The notes below the pieces were generated by a model that was given only the letters and a program-made list of their open reading frames with translations, did not search any database and was not told the origin of the DNA. The translations under genes and the position numbers were made by a program. A stretch of DNA of 64,000 nt from Syntrophorhabdaceae bacterium (GTDB lineage Bacteria > Desulfobacterota > Syntrophorhabdia > Syntrophorhabdales > Syntrophorhabdaceae): contig OY762209.1 in the NCBI GenBank assembly GCA_963665295.1, positions 5,065,536 to 5,129,535 on the forward strand, written 5' to 3'. Within the stretch, counting starts at the first letter, position 1. The number at the start of each line of letters is the position of its first letter. Positions 10,201-20,275 of the stretch are shown here, in pieces.

Positions 10201-13005
10201 GTGAACAGGATTTTCGTCAAGGGCGCACGACAGCACAACCTCAAAAACATCGACGTTGAGCTTCCCAGGAATAAGATGGTGGTGATCACCGGACCGAGCG
10301 GTTCCGGCAAGTCCACTCTCGCCTTCGATACGATCTACGCGGAGGGACAGCGCCGTTACGTGGAATCCCTCTCTTCCTATGCGAGGCAGTTCCTCGAACT
10401 TATGGACAAGCCCGATATGGATTATATCGAGGGTCTTTCCCCTGCCATCGCCATCGAACAGAAGACGATCAGCAAGAACCCCCGGAGCACGGTAGGAACG
10501 GTAACCGAGATCTATGATTATCTGAGGCTCCTCTTTGCGAGGATCGGCCATGTCTTCTGCTACGGGTGCGGCAAGGAGATAAAGAGCCAGCATGCCCCCC
10601 AGATCGTGGACCGCATATCAGCCCTCCCCCAGGGGACCATGCTCACGATCCTCGCGCCCATCGTGCGGGGAAGAAAGGGCGAATACCGGAAGGAGATAGA
10701 CGATCTAAGAAAACACGGCTTTTCCCGGATAAAGGTGGATGGGTCGGTCGCCGATCTTTCGGAAGAGATTGTTCTCGATAAGAACAAGAAACACGAGATC
10801 GATGTGATCGTAGACAGGGTGACCCTGAGGGAAGGGGTCGACAGACGGCTTTTCGAAGCAGTTGAGCTTGCCTTGCACAGGGCGGACGGCATCGTCAAGA
10901 TCGAAACCCCGGAAGAGACCCTTGTGTTCAGCGAGAAGTTCGCCTGCCCCGATTGCTCCATCAGCTACCCGGAGATCGCCCCCCGTATCTTCTCCTTCAA
11001 CAACCCTTACGGCGCGTGCCCCACCTGTCTCGGCCTCGGGGTAAAGGAATATTTCGATCCCGCCCTTATTGTCCCCAACCAGGACCTCTCCCTGAGAGAG
11101 GGAGCAGTGGTTCCATGGGGAGAAAAAAGCGCCGTCCATTTCATGCCCCTCCTGGAAGCCCTTGTGGGCAGGTACAAAATTGACATCAGACAACCTTTCA
11201 AGGACCTCCCCCAGGAAGTGCGGGACGTGATCCTTTACGGTTCCACGGAAGAACTCGAATTCTTCGCGGACAAGGGAGGAAGGAGACAGTTCGTCAAGAA
11301 AACCTTCGAAGGGGTAATAAAGGAGCTTCAAAAGGATTGGGAACGGGCCGACTTTTTCGAAAAGGCGAGGCTCGAACGGTTCATAAACCTTATCCCCTGC
11401 CCTTCCTGCAACGGCGCAAGACTGAAGAAGGAGATACTCTGGGTAAAGGTCAACGACCTCAACATTGACGAAATATCGCGCATGACCATAGCGCGCTGCC
11501 TCGATTTCTTCACCGCCCTTCCCCTCACGGAAAAGGAGAGGGAAATCGCAAAGGCGATCCTCAAAGAGATTGTCTCCCGCCTCAAATTCCTCATGGACGT
11601 GGGACTGGACTACATTTCCCTGGGTCGGAACTCAGCCACCCTCTCTTCAGGGGAATCTCAGCGGATACGTCTCGCCACGCAGATCGGCTCGGGCCTGACC
11701 GGAGTCCTCTACGTCCTCGACGAACCGAGCATAGGGCTTCACCAGAGGGACAACGAGAGGCTCCTCGGCACCCTATTCAAGTTGCGGGACCTGGATAACA
11801 CGGTCATTGTGGTGGAGCACGACCACGACGCCATCGTCTCCTCCGACTACGTCATCGACCTGGGACCGGGGGCCGGGGAAAACGGAGGCTACCTCGTGTT
11901 CCAGGGCACCCCTGAGGACCTTGCCCGCCATGAGACCTCCATCACGGGGATGTATATCTCCAGGAGACGAGAAATCAAGGTGCCTGACACCCGGAGGACG
12001 CCGACAGGATGCATCAGCATAAAGGGGGCGCGGTCCCACAACCTGAAGAATATCGATGTGGATATCCCCCTCGGGGTTTTCACCTGCATTACAGGCGTTT
12101 CCGGTTCGGGGAAGAGCACCCTTGTGGTGGATACCCTTTTTCCCCTTCTTAAACAGAAACTTTACAAGTCGAAGGAAAGGGCCGGGGACACAGACGGGAT
12201 CGAAGGTTACCAGTGCATCGACCGCGTGATCGATATAGACCAGTCACCCATAGGCAGGACCCCCCGCTCCAACCCTGCTACCTATACGGGCATCTTCACC
12301 CCCATAAGGGAACTCTTCACGAGGCTCCCGGAGTCCCGTATGAGGGGATATAAGGAAGGGAGGTTCTCTTTCAACGTCAAGGGGGGGCGATGCGAGACGT
12401 GCGCCGGGGAAGGGTTCGTAAAGATAGAGATGCAGTTCCTCCCTGACGTTTACATCGTGTGCGACGCCTGCAAGGGGAAGAGGTACAACAGGGATACCCT
12501 GGAGGTCACGTTCAAGGGAAAGAGCATTGCCGATGTGCTGGAGATGACCGTGACCCAGGCCATGGACTTCTTCGACCCCATACCCGCGGTAAAAACGAAA
12601 CTCCGGGTCCTGAATGAAGTGGGACTGGGTTACATCAAACTCGGTCAGGCGGCGACCACCCTTTCCGGCGGCGAAGCCCAGAGAATAAAACTCTCGAGGG
12701 AGCTTTCCAAAAAGGATACGGGTTCCACCCTCTATATACTCGATGAGCCCACCACGGGCCTCCACTTCGCTGACATAGAGAAACTCCTCCATGTGCTCAT
12801 GGAGCTCACGGACAGGGGGAATACGGTGGTGGTAATAGAACACAACCTCGATGTGATAAAATGTGCCGACCACCTCATTGATCTCGGCCCTGAAGGGGGA
12901 GACAAGGGTGGGACCGTACTCGTGACGGGGACACCGGAAACCGTCATGGCCATGGCAGAAAGTTATACGGGTCTATTCCTGAAACGATATATAGGAGGCG
13001 CATGA
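10201..13005 (+). CDS. uvrA: excinuclease ABC subunit A
   Basis: GTG 10201 gives MNRIFVKGARQHNLKNIDVELPRNKMVVITGPSGSGKSTLAFDTIYAEGQRRYVESLSSYARQF. Two ABC ATPase modules and zinc-finger Cys pairs are present. The track ORF start at 9922 has no homology and overlaps the divergent gene. Confidence 0.95.
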   Translation: MNRIFVKGARQHNLKNIDVELPRNKMVVITGPSGSGKSTLAFDTIYAEGQRRYVESLSSYARQFLELMDKPDMDYIEGLSPAIAIEQKTISKNPRSTVGTVTEIYDYLRLLFARIGHVFCYGCGKEIKSQHAPQIVDRISALPQGTMLTILAPIVRGRKGEYRKEIDDLRKHGFSRIKVDGSVADLSEEIVLDKNKKHEIDVIVDRVTLREGVDRRLFEAVELALHRADGIVKIETPEETLVFSEKFACPDCSISYPEIAPRIFSFNNPYGACPTCLGLGVKEYFDPALIVPNQDLSLREGAVVPWGEKSAVHFMPLLEALVGRYKIDIRQPFKDLPQEVRDVILYGSTEELEFFADKGGRRQFVKKTFEGVIKELQKDWERADFFEKARLERFINLIPCPSCNGARLKKEILWVKVNDLNIDEISRMTIARCLDFFTALPLTEKEREIAKAILKEIVSRLKFLMDVGLDYISLGRNSATLSSGESQRIRLATQIGSGLTGVLYVLDEPSIGLHQRDNERLLGTLFKLRDLDNTVIVVEHDHDAIVSSDYVIDLGPGAGENGGYLVFQGTPEDLARHETSITGMYISRRREIKVPDTRRTPTGCISIKGARSHNLKNIDVDIPLGVFTCITGVSGSGKSTLVVDTLFPLLKQKLYKSKERAGDTDGIEGYQCIDRVIDIDQSPIGRTPRSNPATYTGIFTPIRELFTRLPESRMRGYKEGRFSFNVKGGRCETCAGEGFVKIEMQFLPDVYIVCDACKGKRYNRDTLEVTFKGKSIADVLEMTVTQAMDFFDPIPAVKTKLRVLNEVGLGYIKLGQAATTLSGGEAQRIKLSRELSKKDTGSTLYILDEPTTGLHFADIEKLLHVLMELTDRGNTVVVIEHNLDVIKCADHLIDLGPEGGDKGGTVLVTGTPETVMAMAESYTGLFLKRYIGGA

Positions 13006-13730
13006 AAAAACTGGTCGTGATCCCTGCCCGCTTCGGTTCGACCCGGCTCCCGGGCAAACCTTTGAGACATATCCTCGATAAACCCCTCATCCAGTGGGTA
13101 TACGAGAAGGCTGTCTCGTCTTCCGCGGACAAGGTAATTATCGCCACCGACGATGCGAGAATAGAAGATACGTGCCTTTCCTTCGGCGCCACGGTGGTCA
13201 TGACCAGCCCGGACCTCCGGTCCGGCACGGACCGCGTTCATGAGGCCCTCACGGGGCTGGAAGGCGATTTCATCGTCAACCTCCAGGGGGACGAACCCTT
13301 CATCGAACCCCCCATGATCGACGCCCTTTTTACGCTTCTCGAAAAAGAGCGCCTCGACATGGCGACCTTGTGCACACCCATATCCACGGACGAGTACGAG
13401 AACCCCAATATGGTAAAGGTGGTCCTCGACAAGGCCGGGTTCGCCCTTTATTTTTCCCGTTCACCCATACCCTTTCTCCGGGGGAAAAAGGTCCCCCTCT
13501 ACGGTCACATAGGGATATACGGGTTTTCGAGGTCTTTCCTCGCCCGGTTTGTCGCCATGGGAAAGGGGGTCCTCGAAGAGGCGGAATCCCTGGAGCAGCT
13601 CCGTGTCCTCGAACACGGTCACAGGATCAGGGTGATCCCCGTTGACTATCACGGATTCGGTATAGATACTGAAGAAGACCTCCAAAAGGCCGGGCGGGAG
13701 GTTCTGAAGATAAACGGGCCAAGCTATTGA
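13002..13730 (+). CDS. kdsB: 3-deoxy-manno-octulosonate cytidylyltransferase (CMP-KDO synthetase)
   Basis: MKKLVVIPARFGSTRLPGKPL...NLQGDEP motifs. ATGA overlap with the uvrA stop. Confidence 0.9.
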   Translation: MKKLVVIPARFGSTRLPGKPLRHILDKPLIQWVYEKAVSSSADKVIIATDDARIEDTCLSFGATVVMTSPDLRSGTDRVHEALTGLEGDFIVNLQGDEPFIEPPMIDALFTLLEKERLDMATLCTPISTDEYENPNMVKVVLDKAGFALYFSRSPIPFLRGKKVPLYGHIGIYGFSRSFLARFVAMGKGVLEEAESLEQLRVLEHGHRIRVIPVDYHGFGIDTEEDLQKAGREVLKINGPSY

Positions 13731-13794
13731 CAGGAAAGCAAAAATATAGTTTATTATTACCCTTTTGATACACACTTTAGGAGGTGATGTCGTT

Positions 13795-14079
13795 ATGATA
13801 TGCGTAACATTGAAACCAGGAACCGAGTGCTTGTTTATGAAGAAGAGCGGGTGTTCCTACAGTGGCGGGAAGTGCTTCACAATCGTGGAAAGCTGCGAAG
13901 GCTGCACGAGGATAGTCGAATTCGAAACCGGAAAGTATTGCACAAGTTTTCCTTATCCGGCACAGAAATGGCAGAAGGGCAACTGCACCATGTCGTCTCA
14001 TGTGAAGAAGACCAAAACAGTCGAAGAGCAGAAGATCAATCCGTTGAAAGCTTCGAAAAGAGCCGCCGGGAAGAAGTAG
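13795..14079 (+). CDS. small cysteine-rich protein (PxxKW-type, recalled family name) with a Lys-rich tail
   Basis: AGGAGG lies 9 nt upstream of ATG 13795. The sequence MICVTLKPGTECLFMKKSGCSYSGGKCFTIVESCEGCTRIV...CTSFPYPAQKWQKGNC has 9 Cys and a P..KW motif. Confidence 0.65.
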   Translation: MICVTLKPGTECLFMKKSGCSYSGGKCFTIVESCEGCTRIVEFETGKYCTSFPYPAQKWQKGNCTMSSHVKKTKTVEEQKINPLKASKRAAGKK

Positions 14080-14297
14080 TTCATCTCCTCCCCGGGAGAG
14101 TGGTTATCTCTGAAAGGGCCTATCGTTCGACAATACCGACGTATGGGATTGAACAGAATTTGGTTGCGGCATAAATAGCCGCCTCCTGTCTCTCGGTTCA
14201 CGTCCTAGGCCCTTCATCTCTTTTCAACGCTATTTTATGTTTGACTTTTGGTTGGAATCAATGGTAAATAAAGGACAAATTATCTGGAGGGTTGATT

Positions 14298-14570
14298 TTG
14301 AGGAAAAATAAATCGGCAGTAAAGAGAGCACGGCAGTCCGAAGAGAGAAGACTGAGAAATTCGCATGTGAAGTCTACCATGAAAACATACATGAAGAAGA
14401 TCGCGACGGTCATGGAGAACAAGGACAAGGAACATGTGGATGAGGCTTTCAAAACAGCCGTGTCCTTTATCAACCGGGCAGCTTCCAAGGGCGTTATCCA
14501 CGCAAACAACGCATCAAGGAAAGTATCAAGACTCTCGAAAAAGGTTCATGCTTTTTTGAGCAAGGCCTAG
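14298..14570 (+). CDS. rpsT: 30S ribosomal protein S20
   Basis: RKNKSAVKRARQSEERRLRN...AASKGVIHANNASRKVSRL is typical of S20. TTG 14298 lies 7 nt after GGAGG; the track start TTG 14292 is too close to the SD. Confidence 0.88.
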   Translation: MRKNKSAVKRARQSEERRLRNSHVKSTMKTYMKKIATVMENKDKEHVDEAFKTAVSFINRAASKGVIHANNASRKVSRLSKKVHAFLSKA

Positions 14571-14718
14571 TCGGCCCGCTTCCCAATCTTTAGACCCGGA
14601 GTTACCCTACAACAATAAAAGCATGTCTGTTTTTGCCCTCAATCCCCCACTTAAACGGGGGAATGAGACCGGCAGCGGCTTGTGCGGTCCGGACAGTGAA
14701 CTACGCTGCCGGGCCTGC

Positions 14719-15237
14719 TCAGTAATCGATAAGCACGACGGCGGCAAATTTCCTCGCCATCCTCCCCGAGATGGTCTGAAAAGCAATCCTCTTGTTGTAA
14801 TCTTCGGCCTGCACGTCATCGACCCTGTACGGCTCCGTATCGGTAAACATCCACCTTCTGATAAATTCACCGTTTTTCTTGTATAGAGTGATGTCTACGT
14901 TTATGGTGGCCTGCTTTTCGATGACGACTCCCTGGGCATTCATGGACGAGGGGACAACGAGTATGCGTTGGATCGTGCCCTCAAGGTAGGCGTCAGCGCC
15001 CGGCTTGTTCAGCTGAAAAAGTCCGGTCGATATGAGTTCCTGCGAGAAGGCGTTGGTTACATAGAGAGATGCGTGGGGCTCGTAGGTGACGTTCTTGAAT
15101 GCGCCGAGGGAGACGGACGAAATATCCCCGCCGAATATACCCTTCTCGGTGACCAGTTGATACCCGCAGGATGCCGTTATGGCGGCAACGACCATGGCCG
15201 CCATGAGGTGCACAATCCATCCGTTCTTTTTTGCCAT
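14719..15237 (-). CDS. lptE: LPS-assembly lipoprotein LptE-like
   Basis: Lipobox ITASC-GY after a hydrophobic signal. It lies immediately downstream of leuS (the conserved leuS-lptE arrangement), and its ~170-aa size fits. Confidence 0.65.
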   Translation of the reverse strand: MAKKNGWIVHLMAAMVVAAITASCGYQLVTEKGIFGGDISSVSLGAFKNVTYEPHASLYVTNAFSQELISTGLFQLNKPGADAYLEGTIQRILVVPSSMNAQGVVIEKQATINVDITLYKKNGEFIRRWMFTDTEPYRVDDVQAEDYNKRIAFQTISGRMARKFAAVVLIDY

Positions 15238-15250
15238 ATCCCGACGCTCC

Positions 15251-17737
15251 CTATCCTGAGACCACTATGTTGACGAGCTTGTTAGGCACCACAATCGTCT
15301 TTCTTACCGTTTTGCCTTCAATGAGGCGCTTCACTTTTTCAAGACCTCCCACGATCTCCTTGAGTTGCTCCTCTCCTATGTCGCGTTCCACTTCACACCC
15401 GTCCCGGAGCTTGCCGTTGATCTGGACCACAATCATCACCTTGTCCTCTTTTATGTAACTCTCGTTATACCCGGGCCATGAGGTCCCAAGGGCGCGGTCT
15501 TTTATGCCGATCATCTCCCAGAGTTCCTCCGTGATATGGGGGACAAAAGGGAAAAGCATGACAATGATCGTTTCAATAACACCTTTCAAGAGAGGCCTTG
15601 CCTCCTGCTGGGTCCTCTCCGCCTCCAGAAACTTGTAGGTTGCGTTGACAAGCTCCATAATGCTCGCAATTGCGGTATTGAGGTGAAACCTTTCGATATT
15701 CTCCGTCACCTTCTTGATGGTTTGATGAAGTTTGTAAGTCAACTGGGCAAAGTCGGATTCAGAGGCCGACGCCTTCGGTACATAGATCGCATCGACGGCC
15801 TTCAATTCCTCCGTCCTCTCTTCCACGAGCCGCCAGACCCTCTGAAGGAACCTGAAAGAACCTTCCACCCCTTTGTCGCTCCAGTCCAGGTCTTTCTCCG
15901 GAGGAGAGGCGAAAAGACAGAAAAGCCTCGCCGTATCGGCTCCGTATTTCTCGATGAGATAATCCGGGTCGACCACGTTGCCCTTCGATTTGCTCATCTT
16001 CGATCCATCCTTGATTACCATGCCCTGGGTAAGAAGGTTCTTGAAAGGCTCCCTCTCTCCCACCAGGTCGAGATCGTTCAGGACCCGGTTAAAAAACCTC
16101 GAATAGAGGAGGTGGAGCACCGCGTGCTCGACCCCGCCGATGTATTGGTCTACAGGCATCCAGTAATCGACGCGCTTCCGGTCGAGGGGGCCCTTGTCGT
16201 AATCAGGGCAGGAGTACCGGTTAAAGTACCATGACGATTCGACGAAGGTGTCCATGGTGTCCGTTTCCCTACGCCCCGGTTTGCCGCACCTGGGGCAGGT
16301 GGTCTCGTAAAAAGCCGCGTATTCGGCAAGAGGAGACCTGCCGACCACCTTTACTTCCAGGTCAAGGGGCAGGACCACGGGGAGGTCCTCGTAAGGCACG
16401 GGCACTATGCCGCAGTCTTCGCAGTATATGATGGGGATAGGAGCGCCCCAGTATCTCTGCCTCGATATACCCCAGTCTCTGAGCCGAAAGTTCACTTTCC
16501 CCCTGCCCATCCCCTTCTCTTCAAGATAGGCGATGATCCTGGGGATGGCTTCCCTGTTCTTCGTGCCGTCAAAGGGGCCCGAATTCGCGAGCACTCCTTC
16601 GTCCACGTATGCCTCGACCATATTCTTCGGATCGAGGGTCTTTCCGGGAGGCATGATGGTGGCGATAACGGGTAGATCATACTCTCTGGCAAATTCATAA
16701 TCTCTTTGGTCATGGGCGGGGACCGCCATGATGGCGCCTGTCCCGTACTCCATAAGCACGAAATTCCCTATATATATGGGGACCTTTGTCCCTGTCAGGG
16801 GATTGGTCACGTATCTTCCCGTAAAAACACCCTCTTTCTTCATCTCGGCTTCCGCCCTGAAACCTCTGTCCCGGGCCTTTGCCTTTTCCACGAAGGCACG
16901 GACCTCTTCCTCGTGGGGCGTGCCCTTCGCAAGGGCATAGGCAAGGGGGTGTTCGGGCGCAAGGACCATGAACGTCACCCCGTAGAGCGTATCGGGTCTC
17001 GTGGTGAAGATGGTAAGGGCGCTTCCATCCTCCATGGGAAAATCGACTTCCACGCCGTAGCTCTTCCCGATCCAGTTCTTCTGCATGCTGAGGACCTTCT
17101 CGGGCCAACCCGGCATGTGGTCACAGTTCTCATAAAGCTCATCGGCGTATTTCGTGATGGCGAAGAACCACTGGGTAAGCTCCTTCTGCACAACCTCCTC
17201 ACCGCACCTCCAACAGGCGCCGCTTTCCACCTGCTCGTTTGCAAGGACGGTCTGACACTTCACGCAGTAATTGACAGGTGAGCTTTTTCTGTACACAAGG
17301 CCGAGCTCGTACATCTTCAGGAATACCCATTGTTCCCACCGGTAATATTCCACATCGCACGTCGCGAACTCCCTTGTCCAGTCGTAGCTGAACCCGAGCC
17401 TCTTCAATTGCCTTCTCATGTAGTCTATATTGTCGCGGGTCCACGTTCCGGGGGCGATACCACGCTCTATGGCCGCATTCTCCGCGGGCATTCCAAAGGC
17501 ATCCCATCCCATGGGGTGAAGGACGTTAAATCCCTGCATCCTCTTGTATCGGGCAATGACATCCCCTATGGAATAGTTCCTCACGTGACCCATATGTATT
17601 CTTCCCGAAGGATACGGAAACATTTCGAGGAGATAGTATTTTTCTTTTGATGTGTCCTCGGAAACATTGAACGACCCGTTCCGCTCCCAGGCAGATTGTC
17701 TCAGTTCCTCAATTGCATGTGGTTCATAAGGCTTCAT
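15251..17737 (-). CDS. leuS: leucine--tRNA ligase
   Basis: HMGHVRNY (HIGH) and KMSKSKGN (KMSKS) motifs; 828 aa; strong overall class Ia LeuRS pattern. Confidence 0.97.
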   Translation of the reverse strand: MKPYEPHAIEELRQSAWERNGSFNVSEDTSKEKYYLLEMFPYPSGRIHMGHVRNYSIGDVIARYKRMQGFNVLHPMGWDAFGMPAENAAIERGIAPGTWTRDNIDYMRRQLKRLGFSYDWTREFATCDVEYYRWEQWVFLKMYELGLVYRKSSPVNYCVKCQTVLANEQVESGACWRCGEEVVQKELTQWFFAITKYADELYENCDHMPGWPEKVLSMQKNWIGKSYGVEVDFPMEDGSALTIFTTRPDTLYGVTFMVLAPEHPLAYALAKGTPHEEEVRAFVEKAKARDRGFRAEAEMKKEGVFTGRYVTNPLTGTKVPIYIGNFVLMEYGTGAIMAVPAHDQRDYEFAREYDLPVIATIMPPGKTLDPKNMVEAYVDEGVLANSGPFDGTKNREAIPRIIAYLEEKGMGRGKVNFRLRDWGISRQRYWGAPIPIIYCEDCGIVPVPYEDLPVVLPLDLEVKVVGRSPLAEYAAFYETTCPRCGKPGRRETDTMDTFVESSWYFNRYSCPDYDKGPLDRKRVDYWMPVDQYIGGVEHAVLHLLYSRFFNRVLNDLDLVGEREPFKNLLTQGMVIKDGSKMSKSKGNVVDPDYLIEKYGADTARLFCLFASPPEKDLDWSDKGVEGSFRFLQRVWRLVEERTEELKAVDAIYVPKASASESDFAQLTYKLHQTIKKVTENIERFHLNTAIASIMELVNATYKFLEAERTQQEARPLLKGVIETIIVMLFPFVPHITEELWEMIGIKDRALGTSWPGYNESYIKEDKVMIVVQINGKLRDGCEVERDIGEEQLKEIVGGLEKVKRLIEGKTVRKTIVVPNKLVNIVVSG

Positions 17738-17764
17738 GGTAATTAACCCCTTTTGAAACTAGTT

Positions 17765-17860
17765 TAATGGCAGTCGAAGGGCAGCCTCTGAAAGGCAGTT
17801 CAAAAACAGTTCGGAAGCAGTCTGAAGGCAGATAGAATCGGCAGCCCTCATGGACAGTCG
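17765..17860 (-). repeat. array of short GGCAG (CTGCC on the leuS sense strand) repeats in the leuS leader/promoter region
   Basis: GGCAG/GGGCAG/GAAGCAG/GGACAG occur at 17769, 17779, 17794, 17814, 17827, 17840 and 17852, mostly 11-14 bp apart. A 12-nt direct repeat AGTTCAAAAACA occurs at 17798 and 17864. Confidence 0.6.
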
Positions 17861-17900
17861 TTAGTTCAAAAACACCTGTTCGTCTGCAAAAGCATACACC

Positions 17901-17940
17901 GAAAGGCAGTAGCGAGTCCATAGCCTCGCCGCTGCCTTTC
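17901..17940 (-). terminator. probable argG terminator
   Basis: GAAAGGCAG..GCGAG - loop - CTCGC..CTGCCTTTC (9 + 5 bp stem with a 2x2 internal loop). On the minus strand it is followed by GGTGTATGCTTTTGC, and it lies ~77 nt after the argG stop. Confidence 0.5.
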
Positions 17941-18016
17941 GCTTCCCGCTACATGTTACCTGAAGGGCTGCCCCAGCATGTCTCCAGGCTACCTTCAGGC
18001 TAGCCCTCTACCTGTC

Positions 18017-19216
18017 TTATTTGTTCACCATCGCCCGTACGCGCAGCCGGAGGGCATTCAGCTTTATGAAGCCTCCCGCGTCTCTCTGGTCGTATACCGC
18101 GTCCTTGTCAAAGGTGGCAAAATCTTTCATATAGTACGACTTATCGGACTTTCTGCCTACTACCGTGCAGTTGCCCTTGTAAAGTTTCACCCTCACCGTG
18201 CCTGTCACGCCCTTCTGCGACTCGTTGACAAAGGCCTTGATGGCCTCCATCTCCGGGGTATACCAGAACCCATAATAGATGAGGTCCGCTATCTTCGGGA
18301 TCAGGCTGTCCCTGAGATGCATTACTTCCCTGTCCATGGTGATGGTTTCCATGCCCCTGTGGGCGGCCATCAGGACCGTGCATCCCGGTGTTTCATACAC
18401 GCCTCTCGATTTCATACCCACGAACCGGTTCTCCACGATATCGACCCGGCCTATGCCGTTTGCGCCGGCAAGCTTATTGAGATGGATAATGAGGTTGGCG
18501 GCGGACATCTCTTTCCCGTCCACTTTTACAGCCTCGCCGTCTACAAACTCGATTTCTATGTAGGTAGGTTTATCCGGCGCCTTTTCGGCGGAGACAGTGG
18601 TGAGGAACATGTCTTCAAGCGGCTCGTTCCACGGGTCTTCAAGCACGCCCCCCTCGTAGCTGATATGCATGAGGTTCCTGTCCATGCTATAGGGTTTCGC
18701 CTTGCTCACGGGCACGTCGATGCCGTGTTTCTTTGCATAGTCTATGAGTTCGTCCCTCGAGGTAAAGTCCCATTCTCTCCAGGGGGCTATGATCTTTATG
18801 TTCGGCTCCATGGCGTAGAAGGTCAGCTCGAACCTTACCTGGTCGTTGCCTTTTCCCGTTGAGCCGTGGCATACGGCATCCGCCTTTTCCGCCCTCGCGA
18901 TCTCTATGTGCCTTTTCGCGATAAGGGGTCTTGCAAGGGATGTGCCCATAAGATACGTACCCTCGTAGACTGCGTTTGCCTTTACGGCGAAAAAGATGAA
19001 GTCTTTTGCGAATTCTTCTTTCAGATCCTCTATATAGCACTTGGAAGCGCCCGTCTTGATGGCTTTTTCCTCAAGTCCGGTCAGTTCCTCTTCCTGGCCC
19101 ACATCCGCCGCATAGGCGATAACCTCGCAATCGTACACGTCCTTCAGCCATTTGACGATTATCGACGTATCGAGACCGCCCGAATATGCCAGCACTACCT
19201 TCTTCACTTCTCCCAT
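18017..19216 (-). CDS. argG: argininosuccinate synthase
   Basis: [13 protein letters not shown]-terminal ATP-PPase motif; 399 aa with a full-length ArgG pattern. Confidence 0.97.
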   Translation of the reverse strand: MGEVKKVVLAYSGGLDTSIIVKWLKDVYDCEVIAYAADVGQEEELTGLEEKAIKTGASKCYIEDLKEEFAKDFIFFAVKANAVYEGTYLMGTSLARPLIAKRHIEIARAEKADAVCHGSTGKGNDQVRFELTFYAMEPNIKIIAPWREWDFTSRDELIDYAKKHGIDVPVSKAKPYSMDRNLMHISYEGGVLEDPWNEPLEDMFLTTVSAEKAPDKPTYIEIEFVDGEAVKVDGKEMSAANLIIHLNKLAGANGIGRVDIVENRFVGMKSRGVYETPGCTVLMAAHRGMETITMDREVMHLRDSLIPKIADLIYYGFWYTPEMEAIKAFVNESQKGVTGTVRVKLYKGNCTVVGRKSDKSYYMKDFATFDKDAVYDQRDAGGFIKLNALRLRVRAMVNK

Positions 19217-19348
19217 CTTAAACCTCCATCGTTTAAATCAGTGTAAAATCAGGAATGAACACCACATTACCGGCGCCTTTCGCGCGCCCTTCCGCCTTTC
19301 ATTCCCCGTCACTCTTCATTTTCCGTCCACGGGTCCGTGGCTCAGGGT

Positions 19349-20266
19349 TCACTGTCCCGTTATGAGCCATTCCAGGAGGGCCTTCTGTGTGTGCAGCCGG
19401 TTTTCGGCCTGGGCGAAGATCACGTCCTGATTCGTCTCGAATACCTTGTCCGAGATCTCCTTATTCCTGTGGGCCGGAAGGCAGTGCATCACCACCGCGT
19501 CTTTGCCGGCCACGTCCAGGAGCTTCTCGTCGACCTTGAAGGAGGCGAACTTCATCGTCTTCTCCGTCTGCTGGTTCTCCTGACCCATACTTACCCATAC
19601 ATCCGTATAAACTACATCGGCGCCCTTCACCGCCTCGAAGGGGTCGTTCGTAAACTCGAACCGGGGGTTCTCCTTTGCCCTGTCAAGCAATGTCCTTATG
19701 GGCTCATATTTCTCCGGCGTCGCCATGGAGAACTGGAGTCCGAAAAGTATCGACGCCTCCAGCAGCGAATTCGCCACATTGTTGCCGTCCCCGACATAGG
19801 CGATCTTGACGTCCTCAAAACTCCCTTTGAACTCCTCTATGGTAAAAAGATCGGCAAGTATCTGGCACGGATGGTAAAGGTCGGATAGGCCGTTAATGAG
19901 GGGCACCCTCGACCATTGGGCGAACTCATCCACCAGGGCCTGTCCGTAGGTCCTTATCATTATGGCATCCACGTAACGGCCCAGCACGCGCGCCGTATCT
20001 TTAACGGGCTCGCCCCTCCCCACCTGGGTGTCCGTGGAGCTTAAGAACATGGCGTATCCGCCCAGTTCCCACATTCCGATCTCGAAGGAAACCCTCGTTC
20101 TCGTGGACGACTTTTCGAATATCATGGCAAGGGTCTTGTCCTTGAGGGGCTTATACTCCTTCCCCTCCTTCCTCATATCTTTCAGGAACCGGGCCCTGTC
20201 CAGGAGGTACCGGCATTCCTCCTTGCTCACATCGAGGAACTTCGTAAAATCTCGTTTTGGACTCAT
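19349..20266 (-). CDS. argF: ornithine carbamoyltransferase
   Basis: STRTR carbamoyl-phosphate motif and the HCLP/HPCQ motifs; 305 aa. Confidence 0.95.
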   Translation of the reverse strand: MSPKRDFTKFLDVSKEECRYLLDRARFLKDMRKEGKEYKPLKDKTLAMIFEKSSTRTRVSFEIGMWELGGYAMFLSSTDTQVGRGEPVKDTARVLGRYVDAIMIRTYGQALVDEFAQWSRVPLINGLSDLYHPCQILADLFTIEEFKGSFEDVKIAYVGDGNNVANSLLEASILFGLQFSMATPEKYEPIRTLLDRAKENPRFEFTNDPFEAVKGADVVYTDVWVSMGQENQQTEKTMKFASFKVDEKLLDVAGKDAVVMHCLPAHRNKEISDKVFETNQDVIFAQAENRLHTQKALLEWLITGQ

Positions 20267-20275
20267 AGCTCTTCC

